This document shows, piece after piece, positions 18,895-27,739 of a stretch of 64,000 nt of DNA. Source of the DNA: Candidatus Latescibacterota bacterium. Lineage in GTDB: Bacteria > Latescibacterota > UBA2968 > UBA8231. How positions within the stretch are numbered: position 1 is the first letter of the stretch; every line of letters starts with the position of its first letter. The notes under the pieces were generated by a model that was not told the DNA's origin, made no database searches, and was given only the letters and a program-made list of their open reading frames with translations. Location of the stretch: positions 128,001-192,000 of the forward strand of contig CBDCXV010000011.1 in NCBI GenBank assembly GCA_965223905.1, written 5' to 3'. The translations under genes and the position numbers were made by a program.

Positions 18895-19085
18895 GTTCAG
18901 ATCGACGTCGGCCATATGAGTCGACTGGCGATGGATGATTTCCTCTCGTTTGAAATTGCGGCTCCTCCACCGACAGGGAGTCGCTCTGTTTTCCAATCAA
19001 TCTCATTGTCCCATTTTGCCATGCAGTGCCAAGGATGGGACAATCCACGCAAGGTCAGGAGCTAGTAGATTTTTTTTGAGGCGAT

Positions 19086-19114
19086 TTGACAGATGAGCTT
19101 CAAAATGCTAATAA
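19086..19114 (+). promoter_or_regulatory. Sigma-70-like promoter upstream of the cold-shock-domain gene and clpX
   Basis: TTGACA, 17-nt spacer, TAATAA, preceded by TGn. Confidence 0.5.
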
Positions 19115-19227
19115 TCCGAAAATCCAATTTTTTCACGGAAGTGAGTGATTTTTCACTGGTTACGACATTTCTTCCGGCAGAACAGCGACCGGGGTGAACA
19201 GCGGTCGCAAAAAGGAGGTTTCGACTC

Positions 19228-20007
19228 TTGAGTCCACTGAGCCTGAATAACACAGCCATTAGCACGCTTGCGGAAAAGCTCGTCATGGCACGAAAGCTGT
19301 ACGGCAATGACAGCAGCTATGCAATCGGCTTAATGGCAGGGGTGGAAACGGTGCTTGACAACGACGGAAACCTCCGAGAAATCCAGGACCGGGTTATCGA
19401 AGTCGAATCGGGTAAAACACCTTCCGCAAAACCTGCCCAGGAGTCTCCGCGCGGAGGTCGGGGAGACTCGGTGCTGGTCGAAAACAGTTGGACCAAGGGC
19501 TCTGTAAAGTGGTTCAACAACGACAAAGGTTATGGTTTCATATCAACCGGTGCCGAGACGGATGTATTCGTGCACTGGCGCGATATCTCATCCTGGGATC
19601 GCAGCCTCTCACAAGGTGACGAGGTTGAATTCATGGTGACCAAGACAGCCAAGGGTTTTCAAGCGATCAACGTTATGAAGAGCAGTGAGGGCCAGGAAGG
19701 GGAGAGCGAAAGTGGCTCACCTACAGCTCCCTCTCGGACGACCGCGGCATCGAATGACCCTGAAGATCCCCATGCCTCCGAGGAAGGTGGTGTCTCCGAT
19801 GAAGGCCAAGCTGCCTCGGTGACACATGGGCCACCAGGAGGAGTGCTTGCATCCCAGGAAGGGGAGGGCGAAGCCGGTTCAACTGCGGACGAACCTCAGG
19901 GATCTCTGTCCGAAGGTGAGAATCAGGAGTCTGGAGTTGCGAGGAGTGCCGATAGTTCGGCACCTAGCATCGAATCCCGGCCCGAAGACATGGAGGAGTC
20001 TTCATAG
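19228..20007 (+). CDS. Cold-shock-domain protein with N-terminal extension and acidic low-complexity tail
   Basis: AGGAGG RBS before TTG. CSD motifs [15 protein letters not shown] (RNP1), DVFVH (RNP2) and KGFQAINV; E/S/G-rich C-terminus. Confidence 0.85.
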   Translation: MSPLSLNNTAISTLAEKLVMARKLYGNDSSYAIGLMAGVETVLDNDGNLREIQDRVIEVESGKTPSAKPAQESPRGGRGDSVLVENSWTKGSVKWFNNDKGYGFISTGAETDVFVHWRDISSWDRSLSQGDEVEFMVTKTAKGFQAINVMKSSEGQEGESESGSPTAPSRTTAASNDPEDPHASEEGGVSDEGQAASVTHGPPGGVLASQEGEGEAGSTADEPQGSLSEGENQESGVARSADSSAPSIESRPEDMEESS

Positions 20008-20027
20008 TCGGATCGAGCGAGGCACCG

Positions 20028-21257
20028 ATGTTGAAAAAACCGAGAAATACAGTCACATGCTCGTTCTGTGGCAAAGGAGTCACCCAGGTCGAAAAGATCA
20101 TCACCGGGCCGTCGGTGCACATATGCAACGAGTGCGTGAACCTTTGTAACGAGGTTCTGGAAGAAGAGGAGGCGGAGGAGCCCAACGGACATGGCAATCC
20201 ATTGCCTAAGCCTGCGGAGATCAAGACCCAGCTCGATAAGCATATCATTGGCCAGGAGCGCGCCAAGAAAGCACTCTCCGTAGCGGTCTACAACCACTAT
20301 AAGCGGATCTATTCCGGCTCATCCGAGGTCGAGCTGACAAAAAGCAATATTCTCCTTCTCGGTCCTACCGGCACAGGCAAGACCTTGCTCGCCGAGACCC
20401 TGGCCAGAATCCTTCAAATCCCCTTCGCCATAGTTGACGCAACTGTCCTCACGGAAGCCGGCTACGTCGGCGAAGACGTCGAGAATATCCTGGTGCGTAT
20501 CTTGCAGGCCGCGGATTACGATGTCGGCAAGGCAGAACGCGGAATCCTGTTTGTCGATGAGATCGACAAAATCGCGAGAAAATCAGGTAACCCCTCGATT
20601 ACGCGCGACGTGTCTGGAGAGGGTGTTCAGCAGGAATTGCTGAAGATTCTCGAAGGCACCGTTTCGGGAGTGCCCCCAAAGGGAGGCAGGAAACACCCGG
20701 AACAGCCGCTAGTCCAAATAAACACGCGAAACATCCTGTTCATTTGCGGAGGGGCCTTCGATGGACTCGACAAGATCATCAGCGCCCGGACCGGCCGGCG
20801 TGCAATGGGATTTGGAGCTGACATGGAAACTGCCGGCTATCAAGACGTCGGCCACCTGCTTTCCCGTGTCGAGCCTGAAGATCTCATTCAATACGGGTTG
20901 ATCCCCGAGTTGATCGGACGCCTCCCTGTCGTAAGCTCTCTACACCCATTAAGTGCACAGGCGCTGCTCGACATCCTCGTAAAACCGAAAAATGCCCTTG
21001 TGAGGCAGTACCAGAAACTGTTTGAGATGGACGGCCTCATACTGAGGTTCTCGCAAGGGGCTCTCGACAAAGTCGTGAAGCTTTGTCAGGAAAAGGAGAT
21101 GGGGGCTCGAGGGCTGCGTGCGGTGTTGGAAACCGCGATGTTCGAGGTGATGTACGAACTCCCCTCCCGAAGCGATATCAAGGAGTGCATCATCACCGGG
21201 GAGTTCATCGACGCCAAAGGCCCTCCTACATTTGTCCACAAACGCAAGCGGGCATGA
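20028..21257 (+). CDS. clpX: ATP-dependent Clp protease ATP-binding subunit ClpX
   Basis: CSFCGK...CNEC zinc finger, [33 protein letters not shown] loop and GARGLR. Confidence 0.98.
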   Translation: MLKKPRNTVTCSFCGKGVTQVEKIITGPSVHICNECVNLCNEVLEEEEAEEPNGHGNPLPKPAEIKTQLDKHIIGQERAKKALSVAVYNHYKRIYSGSSEVELTKSNILLLGPTGTGKTLLAETLARILQIPFAIVDATVLTEAGYVGEDVENILVRILQAADYDVGKAERGILFVDEIDKIARKSGNPSITRDVSGEGVQQELLKILEGTVSGVPPKGGRKHPEQPLVQINTRNILFICGGAFDGLDKIISARTGRRAMGFGADMETAGYQDVGHLLSRVEPEDLIQYGLIPELIGRLPVVSSLHPLSAQALLDILVKPKNALVRQYQKLFEMDGLILRFSQGALDKVVKLCQEKEMGARGLRAVLETAMFEVMYELPSRSDIKECIITGEFIDAKGPPTFVHKRKRA

Positions 21258-21323
21258 TCAACCGCGCGTAGACAGTCACCGGCTCTCATCCAGTTTTCAA
21301 AGCCCCGTGTCAAGCGGCACGCG

Positions 21324-22331
21324 GTGTCAGCCCCCGGGATGCACCGCCATCGCATCCTGAGGCAGCGGTCGGCAACCATCGCTTCTACGCGGCGATTCTT
21401 CACCGAAGCGGGTTTTCTCGAAGTAGAAACGCCAACACTGGTAGCCGCCCCGAATCCTGAGTGTCACATACTTCCGATGCGTATCCGGACTGACGGAGAT
21501 CCGGCATCGGAGAGCTATCTGATATCCTCGCCGGAGCCTCACATGAAACGGCTTCTGTCCGAGGGGTTCGATCGTATATTTCAAGTCTGCCGATGTTTCA
21601 GACAAGGGGAATGGACGTCGAACCACAATCCCGAATTCACCATGCTCGAGTGGTACCGAGCCGGCGGAACGTATGAAGGGATAGCCGCGGACGCGGAGAA
21701 TCTCGTCCGCTCCGTTGCCGCCGATGTCCTCCACTCGAATTCGTTGGTCTTCGACGGTACCCATGTCGAGCTCGACCCGCCGTGGCCGCGCCTATCGGTG
21801 GTCGAAGCCTTCAGTCGCCACGCCGGTCTGAAAATCGATTTCTCGTGGTCCAGGGAGAAGTTCGCCCGAGCAGCTGCGGCTGCGGGCTGCCTAAGCACGC
21901 ATCTCGGCGACTCATGGGACGATCTATTCGCCAAGCTGTTGGTCGAAAGGGTAGAACCGGCCTTGGTGCGCGAGCCCAAACCTGTCTTCCTGATGGACTA
22001 CCCAGCGCGTCTGTCGCCGATGGCAAGGCAGAAGGAAAACGATCCCCACACTGCCTTACGGGTCGAGCTCTATATCGCAGGCCTGGAGCTGGCGAACGGC
22101 TTTAGCGAGCAGAACGACCCCAAGCGGCAAAGAAGAACGCTCATGGCCGAACGCAGTCACCGGCCATGCGGCCAGCGCAATCCCCTCGACGAGGGTTTTC
22201 TGGACTCACTACACCGAATGCCGGATGCCGCGGGTATGGCCCTCGGAATCGACCGTCTCGTCATGCTGATAACCTCTGCCCATTCCATTCAAGAAGTCGT
22301 TGCATTCCCCGAGCAAAGCGCTCTTTCATGA
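21324..22331 (+). CDS. epmA: EF-P lysine aminoacylase (GenX/PoxA)
   Basis: LysRS catalytic domain without anticodon domain: SSPEPHMKRLL, HNPEFTMLEWYR, ELANGFSE and ALGIDRLVM. Confidence 0.88.
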   Translation: MSAPGMHRHRILRQRSATIASTRRFFTEAGFLEVETPTLVAAPNPECHILPMRIRTDGDPASESYLISSPEPHMKRLLSEGFDRIFQVCRCFRQGEWTSNHNPEFTMLEWYRAGGTYEGIAADAENLVRSVAADVLHSNSLVFDGTHVELDPPWPRLSVVEAFSRHAGLKIDFSWSREKFARAAAAAGCLSTHLGDSWDDLFAKLLVERVEPALVREPKPVFLMDYPARLSPMARQKENDPHTALRVELYIAGLELANGFSEQNDPKRQRRTLMAERSHRPCGQRNPLDEGFLDSLHRMPDAAGMALGIDRLVMLITSAHSIQEVVAFPEQSALS

Positions 22332-23207
22332 GCAGCATTCTAATCCTCTCTGGTGACAAGGCAATCGTCGAGCAGATTGCGAAGGCGATTTCCACGGGAA
22401 GTCACGTGATCAGGGCGCTGCCACCCCAGGCAGGGACCCCCGACTACCTCACCACCGCGGGCGTGGACTTGGTGTTTCTGAGGGACCGCTCCGACTCCAT
22501 GACTCCGGATTATATCGAGACCGTTATCGGCCGGTGTCGTTTACAGGACATCCCCGTTCTGCTGTTTCGAGAGTCGGGAGCCCGCCAACAACCGCAGTAT
22601 CTCGACTGCACCGTCGGCGACTATCTGTCCCTGCCTGTCGACTTGGGCGAGGTCGCCCGGCGGACAGAACTCCTGCTGAAGGTCAGGCAGCGTCTCGATC
22701 AGCTGCGCGCACAAGCCGTTTTCGACGAGCTGACCGGGGCGTACAACCGCCGCTTCCTCGATGAGCAGCTGAGGGTGCGCCTCGGGGAAGCACGGCGACA
22801 CCGAACCCCTGTTTCATTGATTCTTTTCGATCTTGATCACTTCAAAAAAGTGAACGACACGTATGGACACCCGTTCGGAGACACTGTTTTGAAGGGCACC
22901 GCCGAGCTGGCGAGACGACAGATGCGCAAGGAAGACATCTTGGCGCGATACGGCGGGGAGGAGTTCGCCGTGATGTTGCCCCACACCGACCGTCCAGGGG
23001 CGGCTGTTCTGGCGGAACGGTTGCGGGCCGCGGCGGCCGGGCACTTCCACTCGAACGGGGGGCGAAGCGAGCGGGTTACAATAAGCCCTGAGGGTCGCAT
23101 CCTTTCCGCTGGATGAGGGGGATTCGGTGGAGGAACTGATCGAATGTGTCGATTCCCGTCTTTACAAAGCGAAGGATTCGGGCCGCAATCGGTCGGTATT
23201 CGATTGA
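22328..23207 (+). pseudogene. Diguanylate cyclase (degenerate REC + GGEEF) with a frameshift near 23086-23090
   Basis: DELTGAYNRR, DLDHFKKVNDTYGH, RKED I-site and RYGGEEF. The conserved C-terminus (VASFP...VDSRLYKAKDSGRNR, stop 23205-23207) lies in a different frame. Confidence 0.8.
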
Positions 23208-23243
23208 GTCGGCCACCGGGCCGGGATAGTCCTCCGACCAAGG

Positions 23244-23858
23244 TCAGCCCGTGGCTGGTGTTTTCGCTTCCAGTTCGCTCGCAGATTCGAAGATGCCGTC
23301 GATCAGTCCGAAATCCTGCGCTTCGTGCGGCGACAGGAAGTAGTTCCTCTCGGTAACTTCCTCTATCCTCGCCAGGGGCTGCTCGGTATCGGCTACCAGG
23401 ATATCGTTGAGTCTCTGGCGCCAGTCCATGATCTCCCGGGCCTGAATCTCCATGTCCGCAGCCTGACCGCCGATGCCTCCCCAAGGCTGGTGCAGCATGA
23501 TGCGCGAATGCGGAAGGGCATGGCGCTTTCCCCTGGCGCCTCCGGCCAGCAGAATTGCGCTCATGCTGTACGCCTGCCCGACGCACAAGGTCGCTACGTC
23601 GCAGGGGATGTGCTGCATGGTGTCGTAGATGGCAAGTCCCGACGTGATCAGTCCACCGGGGCTGTTTATGTACAGGGAGATGTCCTGCTTGGGGTCTTCC
23701 GATGCGAGAAAGAGCAGTTGCGCGATGACGAGGTTGGCCTCGCTGTCATCGATCGGCATGCCGATGAAGACGATGCGCTCCTTCAGCAACCGTGAGAAGA
23801 TGTCGTAGGCACGTTCTCCTCGTCCCGTCTGCTCAATGACTACGGGAATTACCGCCAT
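23244..23858 (-). CDS. clpP: ATP-dependent Clp protease proteolytic subunit
   Basis: [28 protein letters not shown] (Ser) and IMLHQP (His). The third triad position reads ERNY. Confidence 0.95.
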   Translation of the reverse strand: MAVIPVVIEQTGRGERAYDIFSRLLKERIVFIGMPIDDSEANLVIAQLLFLASEDPKQDISLYINSPGGLITSGLAIYDTMQHIPCDVATLCVGQAYSMSAILLAGGARGKRHALPHSRIMLHQPWGGIGGQAADMEIQAREIMDWRQRLNDILVADTEQPLARIEEVTERNYFLSPHEAQDFGLIDGIFESASELEAKTPATG

Positions 23859-23917
23859 GTGAAGCTGTAGTCGTCCTGTTAGTGCGGGGGGTTGATACGC
23901 GAAAACTACTCCTGCGG

Positions 23918-23946
23918 ACGATAGATAGCTGCCGTGTTCTTGTCAA
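23918..23946 (-). promoter_or_regulatory. Sigma-70-like promoter for clpP
   Basis: Minus strand TTGACA (23946-23941), 17-nt spacer, TATCGT. Confidence 0.6.
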
Positions 23947-23982
23947 CCGCGGCAACGTCTCCCCGCTTTAGCGGTCCTTTAA

Positions 23983-24011
23983 TTGACAACGATTTCCGGG
24001 ACGCATAAATT
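23983..24011 (+). promoter_or_regulatory. Sigma-70-like promoter for hflKC, back-to-back with the clpP promoter
   Basis: TTGACA, 17-nt spacer, TAAATT. Confidence 0.6.
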
Positions 24012-24053
24012 CCCGCTGATTCAATACAACAGCCCGAAAGGCAGTGGCAGGCA

Positions 24054-25043
24054 GTGCCGCAACAGTTCGACTTTCCCAAATCCCCCGTCCCTTCCCTGAA
24101 ACTGAACCCGCGAACCGTTTACCTCGTCGTCGGTGTTCTTTTCGGGCTCTGGCTTCTCAGTGGAATCTACACCGTAGCTCCCGACGAGAAGGCGGTGGTG
24201 TTACGTTTCGGCAAGCTGCACGCCGTCGTCGATCCGGGGTTGCACTATCACCTGCCATCGCCGATCGAAAACCGCATCACGAGATCGGTTACCCAGGTGT
24301 ATCGCGAAGAGATCGGATTTCGAACCTTCGATCCGGGCCCCCCGGCGCGCTACAGCCCCAAGCCCAAGGAATCACTGATGCTGACAGGAGATGAAAACAT
24401 CGTCGACGTCGAGATGGTGGTTCAGTACCGCGTCTCGAGCGTCGTCGATGCCCTCTTCAGCGTCGCCGGATTGGGGGTTTTCGAGGATCGCAGTGTGGGT
24501 CTGGTGCACGATGCCAGCGAGGCCGCCCTCAGGCAGGTTGTCGGACGCCATCGGATCGACGAGGCGCTGACGGAAGGGAAGCTCCGAATCCAGACGGAAA
24601 TTCACGAGAAACTCGAGGAGTTGTTCGATCGCTACCAGTGCGGACTGTCTGTGGAATCGGTGCAGTTGCAGACGGTGGGGCCTCCGGCCCAAGTCGACGA
24701 CGCCTTCAAGGATGTCGCCAGCGCCAAGGAGGATCGCGAGCGCTTGGTCAACGAAGCCCGGGGATATCAAAACGACGTCATCCCCAAGGCCAGGGGTGAG
24801 GCGCAACGCCTGATCAAGGAGGCCGAAGCGTACAAAATCCAACGCATTCGGCGAGCCCAGGGAGATGCCGACCGTTTCAGCTCCGTTTATGCAGAATACA
24901 AAAAAGCCCCGGCCGTCACGGAGAAGCGTCTCTATCTCGAGACGATGGAAACGATCCTTCCAAACCTGAAGAAGTACATTATTAAGTCCGACAAGAAGGG
25001 CGGGCTCCTCAACATCCTCAACCTCGACCAGTCCCGGAATTAG
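24054..25043 (+). CDS. hflK: FtsH protease modulator HflK
   Basis: N-terminal TM, VVLRFGK, MLTGDENIVDV, AFKDVASA, IPKARGEA and RLYLETME. Confidence 0.95.
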   Translation: MPQQFDFPKSPVPSLKLNPRTVYLVVGVLFGLWLLSGIYTVAPDEKAVVLRFGKLHAVVDPGLHYHLPSPIENRITRSVTQVYREEIGFRTFDPGPPARYSPKPKESLMLTGDENIVDVEMVVQYRVSSVVDALFSVAGLGVFEDRSVGLVHDASEAALRQVVGRHRIDEALTEGKLRIQTEIHEKLEELFDRYQCGLSVESVQLQTVGPPAQVDDAFKDVASAKEDRERLVNEARGYQNDVIPKARGEAQRLIKEAEAYKIQRIRRAQGDADRFSSVYAEYKKAPAVTEKRLYLETMETILPNLKKYIIKSDKKGGLLNILNLDQSRN

Positions 25044-25067
25044 CAGGGAAGGAATTCACCAGGTCCA

Positions 25068-25925
25068 ATGCGTTCCGCTGCAGCCCTCGTCGCCGCCATT
25101 GCAATCGCCGTGTTCGGCGCCAGTCTCATCCTTTTCACGGTGACCGAGATTCAGCAGGCCGTCGTCACTCAGTTCGGTGAACCTGTCAGAGTGATCACCG
25201 AGCCTGGTTTGTATTTCAAGCTTCCCGACCCGATTCAGAAAGTCAACTACTTCGACAAGCGCCTCCTCGACTACGACGCCAACCCAGATCCGATTTATAC
25301 CAAGGACAAGAAAATCCTCCTTCTCGACAATTACGCCCGCTGGCGTATCGTCGAACCCTTGGTGTTCATGAAAGCGCTTCGCACCGTCGACGAGGCGACC
25401 GCCCGCCTGGACGACATCGTGTTCTCCGAGCTGCGCAAGGAACTGGGTCAGCACGAGCTGACGGAAGTGGTGGCGAGCAATCGCGAGGAGATCATGCTCG
25501 ACGTGACCACGCGATCCGATGAAGCGGCGCGGCCGTACGGCATCGAAGTCGTCGATGTGCGCGTCAAGAGGGCGGACCTTCCGCCTGAGAACGAGGCTTA
25601 CGTATTCAACCGCATGAGAGCCGAGCGCGAGCGGGAAGCCAAGACCTACCGAGCCGAAGGTGAGGAGCAGGCATTGAAGATTCGCGCCGAGACCGATCTC
25701 GAGGCGGCGAGTATCAGCGCCGAGGCGTACGAACAGTCCCAGGGAATTCGCGGCGAAGGTGATGCGGAAGCCCTCAAGATCTACGCCGCGGCGTACAAGA
25801 ACGCCGGCAAGTTCTACGAGTTCACCCGCACTCTCGAGGCGTATGAAAAATCCCTCACCGAGAACACCGTCCTCGTACAACCCCTCGACACAGAGTTCTT
25901 CAAGTTCCTGCAAGGTCCAGATTGA
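25068..25925 (+). CDS. hflC: FtsH protease modulator HflC
   Basis: VVTQFGEP, PGLYFK, GIEVVDVRVKRADLP, RMRAERERE and FYEFTRTLEAY. Confidence 0.95.
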   Translation: MRSAAALVAAIAIAVFGASLILFTVTEIQQAVVTQFGEPVRVITEPGLYFKLPDPIQKVNYFDKRLLDYDANPDPIYTKDKKILLLDNYARWRIVEPLVFMKALRTVDEATARLDDIVFSELRKELGQHELTEVVASNREEIMLDVTTRSDEAARPYGIEVVDVRVKRADLPPENEAYVFNRMRAEREREAKTYRAEGEEQALKIRAETDLEAASISAEAYEQSQGIRGEGDAEALKIYAAAYKNAGKFYEFTRTLEAYEKSLTENTVLVQPLDTEFFKFLQGPD

Positions 25926-25952
25926 GGCGAAAACCGACTTTCGGTTCGCCTC
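25924..25952 (+). terminator. Possible stem-loop after hflC
   Basis: GAGGCGAAAACCGA-CTT-TCGGTTCGCCTC imperfect inverted repeat followed by a pyrimidine run; weak U tract. Confidence 0.35.
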
Positions 25953-26027
25953 TCTCTTGGCGAAGCTCCTTCTGACAGAAATTCCCTGGATCTTCCGGAA
26001 ACCTCCGGGCAAGGCGGCTATTGTGAA

Positions 26028-26633
26028 GTGATGCCCGTCCAGCTTGTCGGGATCACGGGAAACATGGGCGCCGGCAAGTCGACCTTTGCGGCAATGCTCG
26101 CCAAGCGGGGCGCTCTCGTAGTCGATGCCGACCAGGTCGCCCATGAGGTGCTCGAATACCCGGAAGTGGTCGAGGAGGTGACCGCTTCCTTCGGTTCTGG
26201 AGTACTGGACGCCTGTGGCCGTGTCGACCGCACGAGGCTCGGCAGGGTTGTGTTCTCCGATCCCGGGAAACTGCAGACTTTGACCGCAATACTGCGTCCG
26301 CTGCTCGAGCCGGAGCTCTGGATGCGGGTCGATGCCTGCCGGCGGGCCACTAAGGAGCCGGGTGCCGTCCTCCTCGATGCCCCCCTGATTCTGGAGTGGG
26401 GAGTTCAGGATCGGTTAGACCTGCTCGTCGCAATGGTGGCGGACGAATCGGCAGTGGGCCACCGCCTTGTCTGCAGTCGCGGCACAACCGCGGAAGAGAT
26501 CGCCAGGCGCACCCGTGCGCAAGCGCCGGTCTCGGACAAAGTCGCCGCCGCAGACATCGTGGTCGACAACAGCGGCACCCTGGCGGAGCTCGAGGAAGCC
26601 GCCGATTTCCTGTGGAAAAAGGTGACCCTTTGA
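26028..26633 (+). CDS. coaE: Dephospho-CoA kinase
   Basis: GITGNMGAGKST, VVDAD, DAPLILE and ADIVVDNSG. Confidence 0.93.
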   Translation: MMPVQLVGITGNMGAGKSTFAAMLAKRGALVVDADQVAHEVLEYPEVVEEVTASFGSGVLDACGRVDRTRLGRVVFSDPGKLQTLTAILRPLLEPELWMRVDACRRATKEPGAVLLDAPLILEWGVQDRLDLLVAMVADESAVGHRLVCSRGTTAEEIARRTRAQAPVSDKVAAADIVVDNSGTLAELEEAADFLWKKVTL

Positions 26634-27739
26634 AAACGACCGTCCTCAGGGGAACCCATCTTGCCGAGGGAGCCAGGATGGTCCCTTTCAACGGCTGGGA
26701 AATGCCCGTTCAGTATCTCGGCATCGGTCAGGAGCACCTCGCCGTCCGTTCCGGGGTCGGCATTTTCGATGTCTGCCACATGGGTCAGCTGCGTATCGCC
26801 GGGCATGGAAGTATCGACTTCCTGCACCATCTGCTCCCCATCGATGTTGCCCGGATCCGTGTCGGGGCAATGAAATACGCGGTCATGTGCAACGAACAGG
26901 GAGGAGCTGTCGACGATCTGGCGGTGTATCGCCTCTGCGAAACGAAGTTCACCCTCGTCGTAAACGCCGGGCGAATCGATGCCGACCTCGAATGGATAAC
27001 CAAGGCTTCCCATCGTACCGAGACCGTCGTCGAGGACAGAAGCGCAACAACCGGGATGGTCGCCATCCAAGGTCCCGAAGCGGAACGGGTAACCGCCGCT
27101 CTCGTCGGTCCCGGAGCCACGCAGCTGGGTTATTTCCATTTCTCAGGGTTCTCATTCGCCGGGTCCGATCTCATCGTCAGCCGCAGCGGGTACACCGGAG
27201 AAGACGGGTTCGAGATCATGTGCCCTGTTTCCCTGACCCCGGAGCTGTGGCGAGCAGCCCGCGGCCTTGGGGCGACACCGGCCGGCCTCGGTGCCAGGGA
27301 CACCCTGCGCACGGAGATGGGGTACTGCCTGTACGGCCACGAGCTGAACGAGGAGACCACCCCGCTGGAAGCTGGTCTCGACCGCATCCTCGGCCTCGAT
27401 GACAGGCCGGACAGGGATTTCATCGGACGAGAAGCCCTTGTCGCCCTCCGCGCGCGGGGTGTGTACAGAGAGTTGACCGGCCTGGCGGTGGAAGGGCGCG
27501 CCGTGCCTCGCCCCGGGTATGAGGTCCTGGCCGATGGGGAAGTGGTCGGCTCGGTATCGAGCGGTACCTATTCGCCGAGCCTGCGCAAAGGTATCGCCCT
27601 TGCCTTCGTCGACCCAGCCGCGACTGCCGGAGGACGGCTCCAGATCGACATCAGGGGCAACCTCCAACCCGCTGAAGTAGCGGCGCTGCCGATGGTCCCG
27701 AGCCGGGTACGGACGAGGCGAAAGAAGAAAAAGGGATGA
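26630..27739 (+). CDS. gcvT: Glycine cleavage system aminomethyltransferase T
   Basis: TTG start overlapping the coaE stop. [28 protein letters not shown] and [18 protein letters not shown]. Confidence 0.95.
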   Translation: MKTTVLRGTHLAEGARMVPFNGWEMPVQYLGIGQEHLAVRSGVGIFDVCHMGQLRIAGHGSIDFLHHLLPIDVARIRVGAMKYAVMCNEQGGAVDDLAVYRLCETKFTLVVNAGRIDADLEWITKASHRTETVVEDRSATTGMVAIQGPEAERVTAALVGPGATQLGYFHFSGFSFAGSDLIVSRSGYTGEDGFEIMCPVSLTPELWRAARGLGATPAGLGARDTLRTEMGYCLYGHELNEETTPLEAGLDRILGLDDRPDRDFIGREALVALRARGVYRELTGLAVEGRAVPRPGYEVLADGEVVGSVSSGTYSPSLRKGIALAFVDPAATAGGRLQIDIRGNLQPAEVAALPMVPSRVRTRRKKKKG

